The notes under the pieces are model-generated. The model saw only the letters and a program-made list of their open reading frames with translations, was not told the origin of the DNA and did not search any database. This document shows positions 28,795-40,100 of a stretch of 64,000 bases of DNA, in pieces. The DNA is from Eledone cirrhosa. Its lineage: Eukaryota. Location: positions 55,986,001 to 56,050,000 of the forward strand of contig OZ024743.1 of the NCBI GenBank assembly GCA_964016885.1, in the 5' to 3' direction. Each line of letters begins with the position of its first letter. Position 1 is the stretch's first letter. Made by a program: the position numbers and the translations under genes.

Positions 28795-31700
28795 ACATCC
28801 ACCAACTTCCGTCGCCAAACCACACTTCACTCTACTACTAACTGTTCTAGTAACAACACTGACAACCTACCTACAGCCAGTACTACCACCAACACTACAA
28901 CTATATCTACCACCAACATTACAACTATATCTACCACCAACACTATAACTCTATCTACCACCAAAACTACCACCAACACAACAAGTCTGTCTACCACCAT
29001 CACTACAACCAACACTACCACCAATACTACAATTCTATCTACCACCAACACTACAGTCACATCTGCCATCAACACGACAACTCTACCTACCACTAACACT
29101 ACCACCAACACTGCAACTCTACCTACCACTAACACTACCACCAACACTGCAACTCTACCTACCATTAACACTACCACCAACACTACAACTCTACCTACCA
29201 CTAACACTACCACCAACACTGAAACTCTACCTACCATTAACACTACCACCAACACTACAACTCGATCTGCAACTAACACTATTACCAAACTACCACCAAC
29301 ACTACCACCAACACTACCACCAACACTACCACAAACACTACGACCAACACTATCACCATCACTACCACCAATACTACCACCCTATTTACAACCAAAAATA
29401 CAACCCTATTTACCAATAATACTACGACAAACACTACCACTAACACTACCACCAACACTACCACTAACACTACCACCAACACTACCACCAACACTATCAC
29501 CAACAGTGTTAGCAACAGTCCCACCAACACTACCACCGACACTACCACCAACAATACCACCAACACTATCACCAACACTACCACCAACACTACTACTACC
29601 AACACTACAACCAAAAACACTACTGCCACCAACACTACTACTACCAACACTACTATCACCAACACTACAACCAAAAACACTACTGCCACCAACACTACTA
29701 CTACCAACACTACTATCACCAACACTACAACCAAAAACACTACTGCCACCAACACTACTACTACCAACACTACTACCACCAACACTACAACCAAAAACAC
29801 TACTGCCACCAACACTACTACTACCAACACTACTACCACCAACACTACAACCAAAAAACACTACTGCCACCAACACTACTACTACCAACACTACTACCAC
29901 CAACACTACAACCAAAAACACTACTGCCACCAACACTACTACTACCAACACTACTACCACCAACACTACAACCACAAACACTACTGCCACCAACACTACT
30001 ACTACCAACACTACTACCACCAACACTACAACCACAAACACTACTGTCACCAACACTACTACTACCAACACTACTATCACCAACACTACAACCTCAAACA
30101 CTACTGCCACCAACACTACTACTACCAACACTACTATCACCAACACTACAACCACAAACACTACTGCCACCAACACTACTACTACCAACACTACTACCAC
30201 CAACACTACAACCACAAACACTACTGCCACCAACACTACTACTACCAACACTACTATCACCAACACTACAACCACCAACACTACTGCCACCAACACTACT
30301 ACTACCAACACTACTACGACCAACACTACAACCACAAACACTACTGCCACCAACACTACTACTACCAACACTTCTACCACCAACACTACAACCACAAACA
30401 CTACTGCCACCAACACTACTACTACCAACACTACTACCACCAACACTACAACCACAAACACTACTGCCACCAACACTACTACTACCAACACTACTACCAC
30501 CAACACTACAACCACAAACACTACTGCCACCAACATAACTACTACCAACACTACTACCACCAACACTACAACCACAAACACTACTGCCACCAACACTACT
30601 ACTACCAACACTACTACCACCAACACTACAACCACAAACACTACTGCCACCAACACTACTACTACCAACACTACAACCACCAACACTACAACCACAAACA
30701 CTACTGCCACCAACACTACTACTACCAACACTACTACCACCAACACTACAACCACAAACACTACTGCCACCAACACTACTACTACCAACACTACTATCAC
30801 CAACACCACAACCACAAACACTACTGCCACCAACACTACTACTACCAACACTACTATCACCAACACCACAACCACAAAAACTACTGCCACCAACACTACT
30901 ACTACCAACACTACTATCACCAACACTGCAACCACAAACACTACTGCCACCAACACTACTACTACCAACACTACTATCACCAACACCACAACCACAAAAA
31001 CTACTGCCACCAACACTACTACTACCAACACTACTATCACCAACACCACAACCACAAAAACTACTGCCACCAACACTACTACTACCAACACTACTACCAC
31101 CAACACTACAACCACAAACACTACTGCCACCAACACTACTACTACCAACACTACTATCACCAACACTACAACCACAAACACTACTGCCACCAACACTACT
31201 ACTACCAATACTACTATCACCAACACTACAACCTCAAACACTACTGCCACCAACACTACTACTACCAACACTACTATCACCAACACTACAACCACAAACA
31301 CTACTGCCACCAACACTACTACTACCAACACTACTACCACCAACACTACAACCACAAACACTACTGCCACCAACACTACTACTACCAACACTACTATCAC
31401 CAACACTACAACCACAAACACTACTGCCACCAACACTACTACTACCAACACTACTACCACCAACACTACAACCACAAACACTACTGCCACCAACACTACT
31501 ACTACCAACACTACTATCACCAACACTACAACCACAAACACTACTGCCACCAACACTACTACTACCAATACTACTATCACCAACACTACAACCTCAAACA
31601 CTACTGCCACCAACACTACTACTACCAACACTACTATCACCAACACTACAACCACAAACACTACTGCCACCAACACTACTACTACCAACACTACTACCAC

Positions 31701-34700
31701 CAACACCACAACCACAAAAACTACTGCCACCAACACTACTACTACCAACACTACTATCACCAACACTACAACCACAAACACTACTGCCACCAACAGTACT
31801 ACTACCAACACTACTATCACCAAAACTACAACCTCAAACACTACTGCCACCAACACTACTACTACCAACACTACTATCACCAACACTACAACCACCAACA
31901 CTACTGCCATCAAAACTACTACTACCAACACTACTACCACCAACACTACAACCACAAACACTACTGCCACCAACACTACTACTACCAATACTACTATCAC
32001 CAACACCACAACCACAAAAACTACTGCCACCAACACTACTACTACCAACACTACTATCACCAACACTACTACTACCAACACTACTATCACCAACACTACA
32101 ACCACAAACACTACTGCCACCCACACTACTATCACCAACACTACAACCACAAACACTACTGCCACCAACACTACTACTACCAACACTACTATCACCAACA
32201 CCACAACCACAAAAACTACTGCCACCAACACTACTGCCACCAACACTACTACTACCAACACTACTATCACCAACACTGCAACCACAAACACTACTGCCAC
32301 CAACACTACTACTACCAGCACTACTATCACCAACACCACAACCACAAAAACTACTGCCACCAACACTACTGCCACCAACACTACTACTACCAACACTACT
32401 ATCACCAACACTACAACCACAAACACTACTGCCACCAACACTACTACTACCAACACTACTATCACCAACACTACAACCACAAACACTACTGCCACTAACA
32501 CTACTACTACCAACACTACTATCACCAACACCACAACCACAAAAACTACTGCCACCAACACTACTGCCACCAACACTACTACTACCAACACTACTATCAC
32601 CAACACTGCAACCACAAACACTACTGCCACCAACACTACTACTACCAACACTACTATCACCAACACCACAACCACAAAAACTACTGCCACCAACACTACT
32701 ACTACCAACACTACTATCACCAACACTACAACCACAAACACTACTGCCACCAACACTACTACTACCAACACTACTATCACCAACACTACAACCACAAAAA
32801 CTACTGCCACCAACACTACTACTACCAACACTACTATCACCAACACTACAACCACAAACACTACTGCCACCAACACTACTACTACCAACACTACTATCAC
32901 CAACACTACAACCACAAACACTACTGCCACCAACACTACTACTACCAACACTACTATCACCAACACTACAACCACAAACACTACTGCCACCAACACTACT
33001 ACTACCAACACTACTATCACCAACACTACAACCACAAACACTACTGCCACCAACACTACTACTACCAACACTACTACCACCAACACCACAACCACAAAAA
33101 CTACTGCCACCAACACTACTACTACCAACACTACTATCACCAACACTACAACCACAAACACTACTGCCACCAACACTACTACTACCAACACTACTATCAC
33201 CAACACTACAACCACAAACACTACTGCCACCAACACTACTACTACCAACACTACTATCACCAACACCACAACCACAAAAACTACTGCCACCAACACTACT
33301 ACTACCAACACTACTATCACCAACACTACAACCACAAACACTACTGCCACCAACACTACTACTACCAACACTACTATCACCAACACTACAACCACAAACA
33401 CTACTGCCACCAACACTACTACTACCAACACTACTATCACCAACACTACAACCACAAACACTACTGCCACCAACACTACTACTACCAACACTACTATCAC
33501 CAACACCACAACCACAAACACTACTGCCACCAACACTACTACTACCAACACTACTACCACCAACACTACAACCACAAACACTACTGCCACCAACACTACT
33601 ACTACCAACACTACTATCACCAACACTACAACCACAAACACTACTGCCACCAACACTACTACTACCAACACTACTATCACCAACACTACAACCACAAACA
33701 CTACTGCCACCAACACTACTACTACCAACACTACTACCACCAACACTACAACCACAAACACTACTGCCACCAACACTACTACTACCAACACTACTACCAC
33801 CAACACTACAACCACAAACACTACTGCCACCAACACTACTACTACCAACACTACTATCACCAACACTACAACCACAAACACTACTGCCACCAACACTACT
33901 ACTACCAACACTACTATCACCAACACTACAACCATAAACACTACTGCCACTAACACTACTACTACCAACACTACTACCATAGACGTTACTGCCACTAACA
34001 CTACTACTACCAACACTACTACCATAGACACTACTGCCACAAACACTACTGCCACTAACACTACTACTACCAACACTACTACCATAGACACTACTGCCAC
34101 TAACACTACTGCCACTAACACTACTACTACCAACACTACTACCATAGATACTACTGCCACTAACATTACTACTACCAACACTACTACTATAGACACTACT
34201 GCCACTAACACTACTACTACCAACACTACTACCATAGACACTACTGCCACTAACACTACTACTACCAACACTACTACCATAGACACTACTGCCACTAACA
34301 CTACTGCCACTAACACTACTACTACCAGCACTACTACTATAGACACTACTGCCACCAACACTACTACTACCAACACTACTACCATAGACACTACTGCCAC
34401 TAATACTACTACTACCAACACTACTACCATAAACACTACTGCCACTAACACTACTACTACCAACTCTACTACCATAGACACTACTGCCACTAACATTACT
34501 ACTACCAACACTACTACCATAGACACTACTGCCACCAACACTACTACTACCAACACTACTACCATAGATACTACTGCCACTAACACTACTACTATCAACA
34601 CTACTACCATAGACACTACTGCCACCAACACTACTACCAACACTACTACCATAGACACTACTGCCACTAACACTACTGCCACTAACACTACTACTACCAA

Positions 34701-35454
34701 CACTACTACCATAAACACTACTGCCACTAACACTACTACTACCAACACTACTACCATAGACACTACTGCCACTAACATTACTACTACCAACACTACTACC
34801 ATAGACACTACTGCCACTAACATTACTACTACCAACACTACTACCATAGACACTACTGCCACTAACACTACTACTACCAACACTACTACCATAAACACTA
34901 CTGCCACTAACACTACTACTACCAACACTACTACCATAAACACTACTGCCACTAACACTACTACTACCAACACTACTACCATAGATACTACTGCCACTAA
35001 CACTACTACTACCAACATTATTACCATAAACACTACTACTACCAACACTACTACTACCAACACTACTACCATAAACACTACTACTACCAACACTACTACT
35101 ACCAACACTACTACCATAAACACTACTACTACCAACACTACTACTACCAACATTATTACCATAAACACTACTACTACCAACACTACTACTACCAACACTA
35201 CTACCATAAACACTACTGCCACTAACACTACTACTACCAACACTACTACTACCAACATTATTACCATAAACACTACTGCCACCAACACTACTACTACCAA
35301 CACTACTACCATAAACACTACTGCCACCAACACTACTACTACCAACACTACTACCATAGACACAACTGCCACCAACACTACTACTACCAACACTACAAAG
35401 ACCACGACAGCTAATACTGCCACCACTAGCATTACTATCACAAACATTAGCTAA
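28795..35454 (+). CDS. Putative mucin-like Thr/Asn-repeat exon (about 2200 codons, NTTTT/NTTAT/NTTIT); may be a non-coding satellite
   Basis: Frame open from 28786 to the stop at 35454; pyrimidine tract + CAG acceptor ending at 28794; no signal peptide or globular domain seen. Confidence 0.35.
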   Translation, partial: TSTNFRRQTTLHSTTNCSSNNTDNLPTASTTTNTTTISTTNITTISTTNTITLSTTKTTTNTTSLSTTITTTNTTTNTTILSTTNTTVTSAINTTTLPTTNTTTNTATLPTTNTTTNTATLPTINTTTNTTTLPTTNTTTNTETLPTINTTTNTTTRSATNTITKLPPTLPPTLPPTLPQTLRPTLSPSLPPILPPYLQPKIQPYLPIILRQTLPLTLPPTLPLTLPPTLPPTLSPTVLATVPPTLPPTLPPTIPPTLSPTLPPTLLLPTLQPKTLLPPTLLLPTLLSPTLQPKTLLPPTLLLPTLLSPTLQPKTLLPPTLLLPTLLPPTLQPKTLLPPTLLLPTLLPPTLQPKNTTATNTTTTNTTTTNTTTKNTTATNTTTTNTTTTNTTTTNTTATNTTTTNTTTTNTTTTNTTVTNTTTTNTTITNTTTSNTTATNTTTTNTTITNTTTTNTTATNTTTTNTTTTNTTTTNTTATNTTTTNTTITNTTTTNTTATNTTTTNTTTTNTTTTNTTATNTTTTNTSTTNTTTTNTTATNTTTTNTTTTNTTTTNTTATNTTTTNTTTTNTTTTNTTATNITTTNTTTTNTTTTNTTATNTTTTNTTTTNTTTTNTTATNTTTTNTTTTNTTTTNTTATNTTTTNTTTTNTTTTNTTATNTTTTNTTITNTTTTNTTATNTTTTNTTITNTTTTKTTATNTTTTNTTITNTATTNTTATNTTTTNTTITNTTTTKTTATNTTTTNTTITNTTTTKTTATNTTTTNTTTTNTTTTNTTATNTTTTNTTITNTTTTNTTATNTTTTNTTITNTTTSNTTATNTTTTNTTITNTTTTNTTATNTTTTNTTTTNTTTTNTTATNTTTTNTTITNTTTTNTTATNTTTTNTTTTNTTTTNTTATNTTTTNTTITNTTTTNTTATNTTTTNTTITNTTTSNTTATNTTTTNTTITNTTTTNTTATNTTTTNTTTTNTTTTKTTATNTTTTNTTITNTTTTNTTATNSTTTNTTITKTTTSNTTATNTTTTNTTITNTTTTNTTAIKTTTTNTTTTNTTTTNTTATNTTTTNTTITNTTTTKTTATNTTTTNTTITNTTTTNTTITNTTTTNTTATHTTITNTTTTNTTATNTTTTNTTITNTTTTKTTATNTTATNTTTTNTTITNTATTNTTATNTTTTSTTITNTTTTKTTATNTTATNTTTTNTTITNTTTTNTTATNTTTTNTTITNTTTTNTTATNTTTTNTTITNTTTTKTTATNTTATNTTTTNTTITNTATTNTTATNTTTTNTTITNTTTTKTTATNTTTTNTTITNTTTTNTTATNTTTTNTTITNTTTTKTTATNTTTTNTTITNTTTTNTTATNTTTTNTTITNTTTTNTTATNTTTTNTTITNTTTTNTTATNTTTTNTTITNTTTTNTTATNTTTTNTTTTNTTTTKTTATNTTTTNTTITNTTTTNTTATNTTTTNTTITNTTTTNTTATNTTTTNTTITNTTTTKTTATNTTTTNTTITNTTTTNTTATNTTTTNTTITNTTTTNTTATNTTTTNTTITNTTTTNTTATNTTTTNTTITNTTTTNTTATNTTTTNTTTTNTTTTNTTATNTTTTNTTITNTTTTNTTATNTTTTNTTITNTTTTNTTATNTTTTNTTTTNTTTTNTTATNTTTTNTTTTNTTTTNTTATNTTTTNTTITNTTTTNTTATNTTTTNTTITNTTTINTTATNTTTTNTTTIDVTATNTTTTNTTTIDTTATNTTATNTTTTNTTTIDTTATNTTATNTTTTNTTTIDTTATNITTTNTTTIDTTATNTTTTNTTTIDTTATNTTTTNTTTIDTTATNTTATNTTTTSTTTIDTTATNTTTTNTTTIDTTATNTTTTNTTTINTTATNTTTTNSTTIDTTATNITTTNTTTIDTTATNTTTTNTTTIDTTATNTTTINTTTIDTTATNTTTNTTTIDTTATNTTATNTTTTNTTTINTTATNTTTTNTTTIDTTATNITTTNTTTIDTTATNITTTNTTTIDTTATNTTTTNTTTINTTATNTTTTNTTTINTTATNTTTTNTTTIDTTATNTTTTNIITINTTTTNTTTTNTTTINTTTTNTTTTNTTTINTTTTNTTTTNIITINTTTTNTTTTNTTTINTTATNTTTTNTTTTNIITINTTATNTTTTNTTTINTTATNTTTTNTTTIDTTATNTTTTNTTKTTTANTATTSITITNIS
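29580..35400. repeat. 15-bp-based array with 60-bp (5' part) and 45-bp (3' part) higher-order units
   Basis: ACTACCAACACTACTATCACCAACACTACAACCACAAACACTACTGCCACCAACACTACT repeats in register on successive 60-nt lines; switches to ...ACCATAGACACTACTGCCACT... at about 33930. Confidence 0.97.
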
Positions 35455-35799
35455 GGTGAAGACCCCCCCCCCCCTTCGGTCACAAATAGCCATGGGGTTT
35501 GCACCTAGAAAGTTCCCCTCCCAGTCACAAGTCCGGGCAAGGTTTGTTTGTGGAAGACCATCAGTCGCCCATGCATACTAATCTCTCCACGCCACCGATG
35601 TTGTCCAAGGGAAAGGCAAAGGCTGATACAGCTTGGCACGAGTGACGTTGCAACCCATTCTACAGCTGAGTAAACTGGAGTGATGCGAAATAAAGTGTCT
35701 TGCTTAAGAACACAACGCATCACCCGGTCCGAAAATCGAACTTAAAACCTTACGATTGCAAGTCCAATGTTCTAACCACAAAGCCATGCGCCTATATCT
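35450..35799 (-). mobile_element. Full-length family 2-like SINE with 10-bp TSD
   Basis: ACAAACATTA at 35440-35449 and 35800-35809; minus strand head GGCGCATGGCTTTGTGGTTAG and box B AGTTCGATT. Confidence 0.75.
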
Positions 35800-35896
35800 A
35801 CAAACATTACACACACCAAATACTGCTAGTTGCAAGACTACTAACAATCACTACTACTACTAACACCACTATCAGCAACACTACTATTAACTGTTA

Positions 35897-36341
35897 CTAC
35901 TTTTAGGCACAAGGCCAGAAATTTAGAGGGAGGGGAAACTTTATTAAATCGACCCCAGTACTTTATTGGTGCTTATTTTATCGACCCCGTAAGGATAAAA
36001 TGTAGAGCTAACCTGTGTGGGAGTTGAACGCAGAGCCTAAAGGGCCGTAACTCTATGCTGCAAAGCATCTTGTCCGACGCTTTACCGATACTGCCAATCC
36101 ACCGCCCTGGCATCACTTCTAACAATGGTTTCTTATATAGGCACAAGGCCAGCAATTTCGGGGAGGGGAAAGTCGATTAAATCAACTCCAGTACGTTAGT
36201 GGTTCTTTATTTTATCGACCCCGTAAGGATGAAAGGCAAAGTTAACCTCGGCGGGATTTGAACTCAGACCGTAAAGGGGCCTAATTCTATGCTGTAAAGC
36301 ATGGCGCCCGACCGTCTACCGATACTGCCAATCCACTGCCA
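35897..36341 (-). mobile_element. Two tandem family 1 SINEs (long variant)
   Basis: Two copies, each ending in GATACTGCCAATCCAC. Confidence 0.85.
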
Positions 36342-36499
36342 TCATCACTTCTAATAATGTCAACACTACAAACATCAACTGCTACTACAAAGCTACAACG
36401 AATAACACTTCTGCCACTAACACTACTATTATTATCACCATTACTAATACCGCCACCAGTACTGCTACGGCCAACATTACCACCACTAATACTAATCTA

Positions 36500-36722
36500 T
36501 TGGAACCCCGTAGGTGATTCGATTAACGTTACAGCATGCTTGTGAAAGTAACTTGCAAGTGGATGAACAGTTCACAGTAACGAATTTCTTAGAAAGATTC
36601 GATGTGACACGAGTTGTGACAAGATTGGCCTTTTGAAATTACTGGTACAACTTATAGTTACCAGTTGAATGGACTGGAGCAAAATGTCTTGTTCAAGGAC
36701 ACAACACACTGCCGGGAATCAG
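36500..36722 (-). mobile_element. Decayed family 2-like SINE
   Basis: GGACTGGAGCAAAATGTCTTGTTCAAGGACACAACAC...GGGAATC. Confidence 0.55.
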
Positions 36723-36801
36723 CAGCCAGATCTGCTCTTCTTTACCCCTTCTCCCCTCTGATCATTACTCGATTTTGTTTGTATCCTTTTTTTTCCATAT
36801 T

Positions 36802-37005
36802 CCATCATTGTATAAATTGTCTGTAAAATATAGTTGACATGTGTTTATGTATAACAGATAACAAAATACGCCCATCATTGTATAACTTCTGTCTATAAAA
36901 TATAGTTGATATCATATGTTTATGTATAACAGATAACAAAATATTTCCATCATTGTATAACTTCTTTTTGTAAAATATAGTTGACATAATTTGCTTATGT
37001 ATAAT
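36802..37005. repeat. Three copies of an about 70-75-bp tandem unit
   Basis: CCATCATTGTATAA...AAAATATAGTTGA...TATGTATAA x3. Confidence 0.8.
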
Positions 37006-37659
37006 TGATCAAATAGAAAATAAATTATCCCCCCCCCCCCCCACCTCATCCCCCAAAATTACGATTGCTAGCTGAATACCCTAACCACTAAGCCTTCGCA
37101 ATAAACATTCTACCACTACCAAAGGTTTTACTCAAAACATAAATGGTAGAAACAAATGCCACAATATATATTTTAATTGCTAAATGCTGCACTGAGTTCC
37201 AACCTCAGCAAGGCCTATTTTGTCTTACATTCTTCTGTAATTTATCAAACATGGGCCCATTTTCTTACAATCATTTACATCCAGAGCAGGTACATTTCAA
37301 AAATAAAGTAAATTCAATTTATCGTTTGATAGGCTGTCAAACCTAGTTTTTGTCACTGCTTATTCTGACTACACTAAGAATATTACTAGCCTGCATTTTC
37401 TACTACACAGTCCACATCTACCTACGCCAACCATCCTCTGGATATTTCCACAACGCTGCCACGTAGTAAAGATGTTTAGCGATTTATTTATTGATCGCTA
37501 GAAATATTTAATTTAATTATACAAATCTGTATAAAACTGTGATCCATTAAGGTCTACGTTTTAGGGAGGTTTTCGCCCTAGGTGGCTGGCTAGTTGGTTT
37601 TAATGGGTGCATCAGCCCTGGGCAACCCTGCGCCTCTTCCACCGCCTCAAGTCGGATCT

Positions 37660-38105
37660 ACCCACCTCTCACCCCTTCTCTCTTTTAAACGCGCACGCAA
37701 CATTAGGAACCTTCTTGTTCGCAGTTCCCTTCCTCCTTCCAACTCCTCTCCTGGATTCCATCTCTACTGTCGAACACGCTGCCACACATGCAGCTTCATG
37801 ACCCACACCCACACCCTAACAGCAGAAACTTTCATGTTATGGACCCCGATGCACACAATGTGAGGCTATATACATTGGTTAGTTTTGACGTCGACTGGCT
37901 GTCAGATTCGCCAAACATCTGATGAACATCTGGGTCGGCAACCCGTCTTCGGTGGCCCAATATTTCTGCGCTGCTGGTCATTCCGCGCGTCAGCTTACAG
38001 TGTTTGGGCACGCTTTCTGCACCGGACCCTAAGAAACCCACCGCCAAAGGGAACAGAAATCTATATTTTCTAAATACATCTCTCCCCTATGGCCTTAATT
38101 CATCA
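37660..38105 (+). mobile_element. Decayed Penelope-like 3' fragment (linker + GIY-YIG remnant)
   Basis: PLLSFKRARNIRNLLVRS...CRTRCHTC, and the terminal PYGLN motif at about 38085-38100. Confidence 0.6.
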
Positions 38106-38252
38106 TCCCTCTTCCTCTAATCTGCTCTTGCTACTACACCGAGTACCCTCCATCCTCCACGTGCGCGAAAATACTCACGCTTATGTAGATTCATACAACA
38201 AAGAACTTTAACACACTTATTAATAAACAAACACGTAGAAACGCTCACATAG

Positions 38253-38312
<60 letters not shown>

Positions 38313-38408
38313 GCGCGCGCGCACTAACAGGTAAACACATGCATTTCTCATTTAGCGCTCTAATTTACTGATTTTTTTAAATTTCTACTTCAGCTGACCC
38401 CCTTCAAG

Positions 38409-39977
38409 TTGACGTTGCACAGCGACATCTGCTCTGTGGTGAGAGTGAACGGTCACCTTTCGGAACCGTTCAACACCATGCGCTCGGTCTGCCAAGGATG
38501 TCCCCTCTCGTCCCTTTTGTACGTATTGACTCTCGAGCCATTACTGCACAAACTGGAGACGTTGAGGGGCGTCCCGCGCGAACTAGGATGCGGAAGATCC
38601 GTGTCAGCATATGCGGACGATGTCACCGTAGTGGTGTCGAACGCCAAACACATCGAGGCGATCGGCACTACACTAAGAGAATACGAAGCGGTGACAGGAG
38701 CAATGATCAACCAGGAAAAGTCAGTGGGCCTGCAGCTCGGCACCTGGAGAGGCAGGTCCATGCCGTCCAACAGCGTCGTCGGACGCTGGACGGATGGACC
38801 GGTTAAATTGCTAGGAGTCTGGTTCGGTCCGGACCTCCAGACGGACAAAAACTGGGACGAGGTGACGAGCAGGGTGGCTTCTCTCACCCAGAAATGGGCG
38901 GAGAGGAAGCTATTCCTGAAAGGTCGAGCGGAGGTGGCTAACGCGTACATCGCGTCTGTCATCTGCTACCGCTTGACCGTCGTACCTTGTCCTAAGCCCC
39001 GCCTGACTGCGCTGGAGCGTTTGCTCTTTCGCTTTTTGTGGAAGGGACGCGCTCCGATGGTCAGGCAGTCCATCTGCTGTCAACACCCGCTACGTGGAGG
39101 GCTGGGCATGCCGTGGCTGATGATGCACAGACACGCGCTCAGGCTACGACATCTCCACCTCTTCCTCGACGGTGATCAGGTGTGGTCGCCGTTTGCTAGA
39201 CACGTATTTCCCCAGCTCGTTTCCTTGATGGAGCTGCAGTCCTGGGTCAAGCGAAGACCGAGAGGAAGCGCCTGGAGACTGGAATGTCTTCAGGCGCTCA
39301 CAGCCCTCGGCCAATCGGGCAATGTGATCGGTGGCAACTCCACCTCGGCGTTCTATAGAGAATTAGTGGAGGGGAAGAGCGACGACGTACTTGGGGAAAC
39401 TCTAGGCGTCGACGAAAATCAACTAGCCAATCTCTTCGGAAGAACTTTCGGGCCGGGACCTATGGACAACTTCCAGAAATCTCTGGCCTGGCAGTGCTAC
39501 CGAGGAGCCTTGCCAGTTCGGGATAAACTCTACAGGCATGGAGGTGCCGTCAGCCGGGCATTTCCGAGATGCGCGCAGGGCGACGAAACCGTCCTGCACG
39601 CACTCGTCCAGTGTCCGAAAATTGCTGACTTGTGGGTTTATGTCGAACACCTGCTGTCGCGTGTAGGACGGATCCGGCTATCATCTGAGTCCATCGTGAG
39701 GATTGCCCCGCCCTCTTCCTTTAGCCGGGAAGGGCAGGCAGTTTTTATCTGTCTGATGGCCATGGCGAAAGAGATAGTATGGTGGACACGTTTGAAAGGG
39801 CTGAAGACGAGCACTTACCTCTTCGGTGATGCCCTGATTAACTTTTTCAAATTTCATTTTAAAAGGAAAATCAGAGTAGAGAGGGAAGTGCTCTCTTCCC
39901 AGCATTTTGTTGAAAGATGGGTGAGAGAAGCAAGAATGGCCCGAGTGAATGGGCCTACTCTGAGTACGTATCTGTAA
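38409..39977 (+). mobile_element. Tx1-clade LINE ORF2, 5'-truncated (RT C-half + zf-RVT)
   Basis: VRVNGHLSEPF...VCQGCPLS, SAYADDVTV, VKLLGVWFG, RFLWKG, GGLGMP, CAQGDETVLHALVQC; 522 codons without interruption. Confidence 0.9.
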
Positions 39978-40100
39978 ATTAAAGGTGGAAAACTGGGAGA
40001 GGGCACTTGCCTTGGTGGTCAGGGTCACTGTGGCCTTTTACTGGGCTTTCTCCACAAATGTCCCTCCGAAGTCTCCCCCCTATTGGGGAATTTTTCATTG

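Noticed and set aside
29406-35493. 2013-aa poly-Val and 1219-aa Gly/Ser/Val minus-strand ORFs
   Set aside because: Antisense shadows of the ACT/ACC array.
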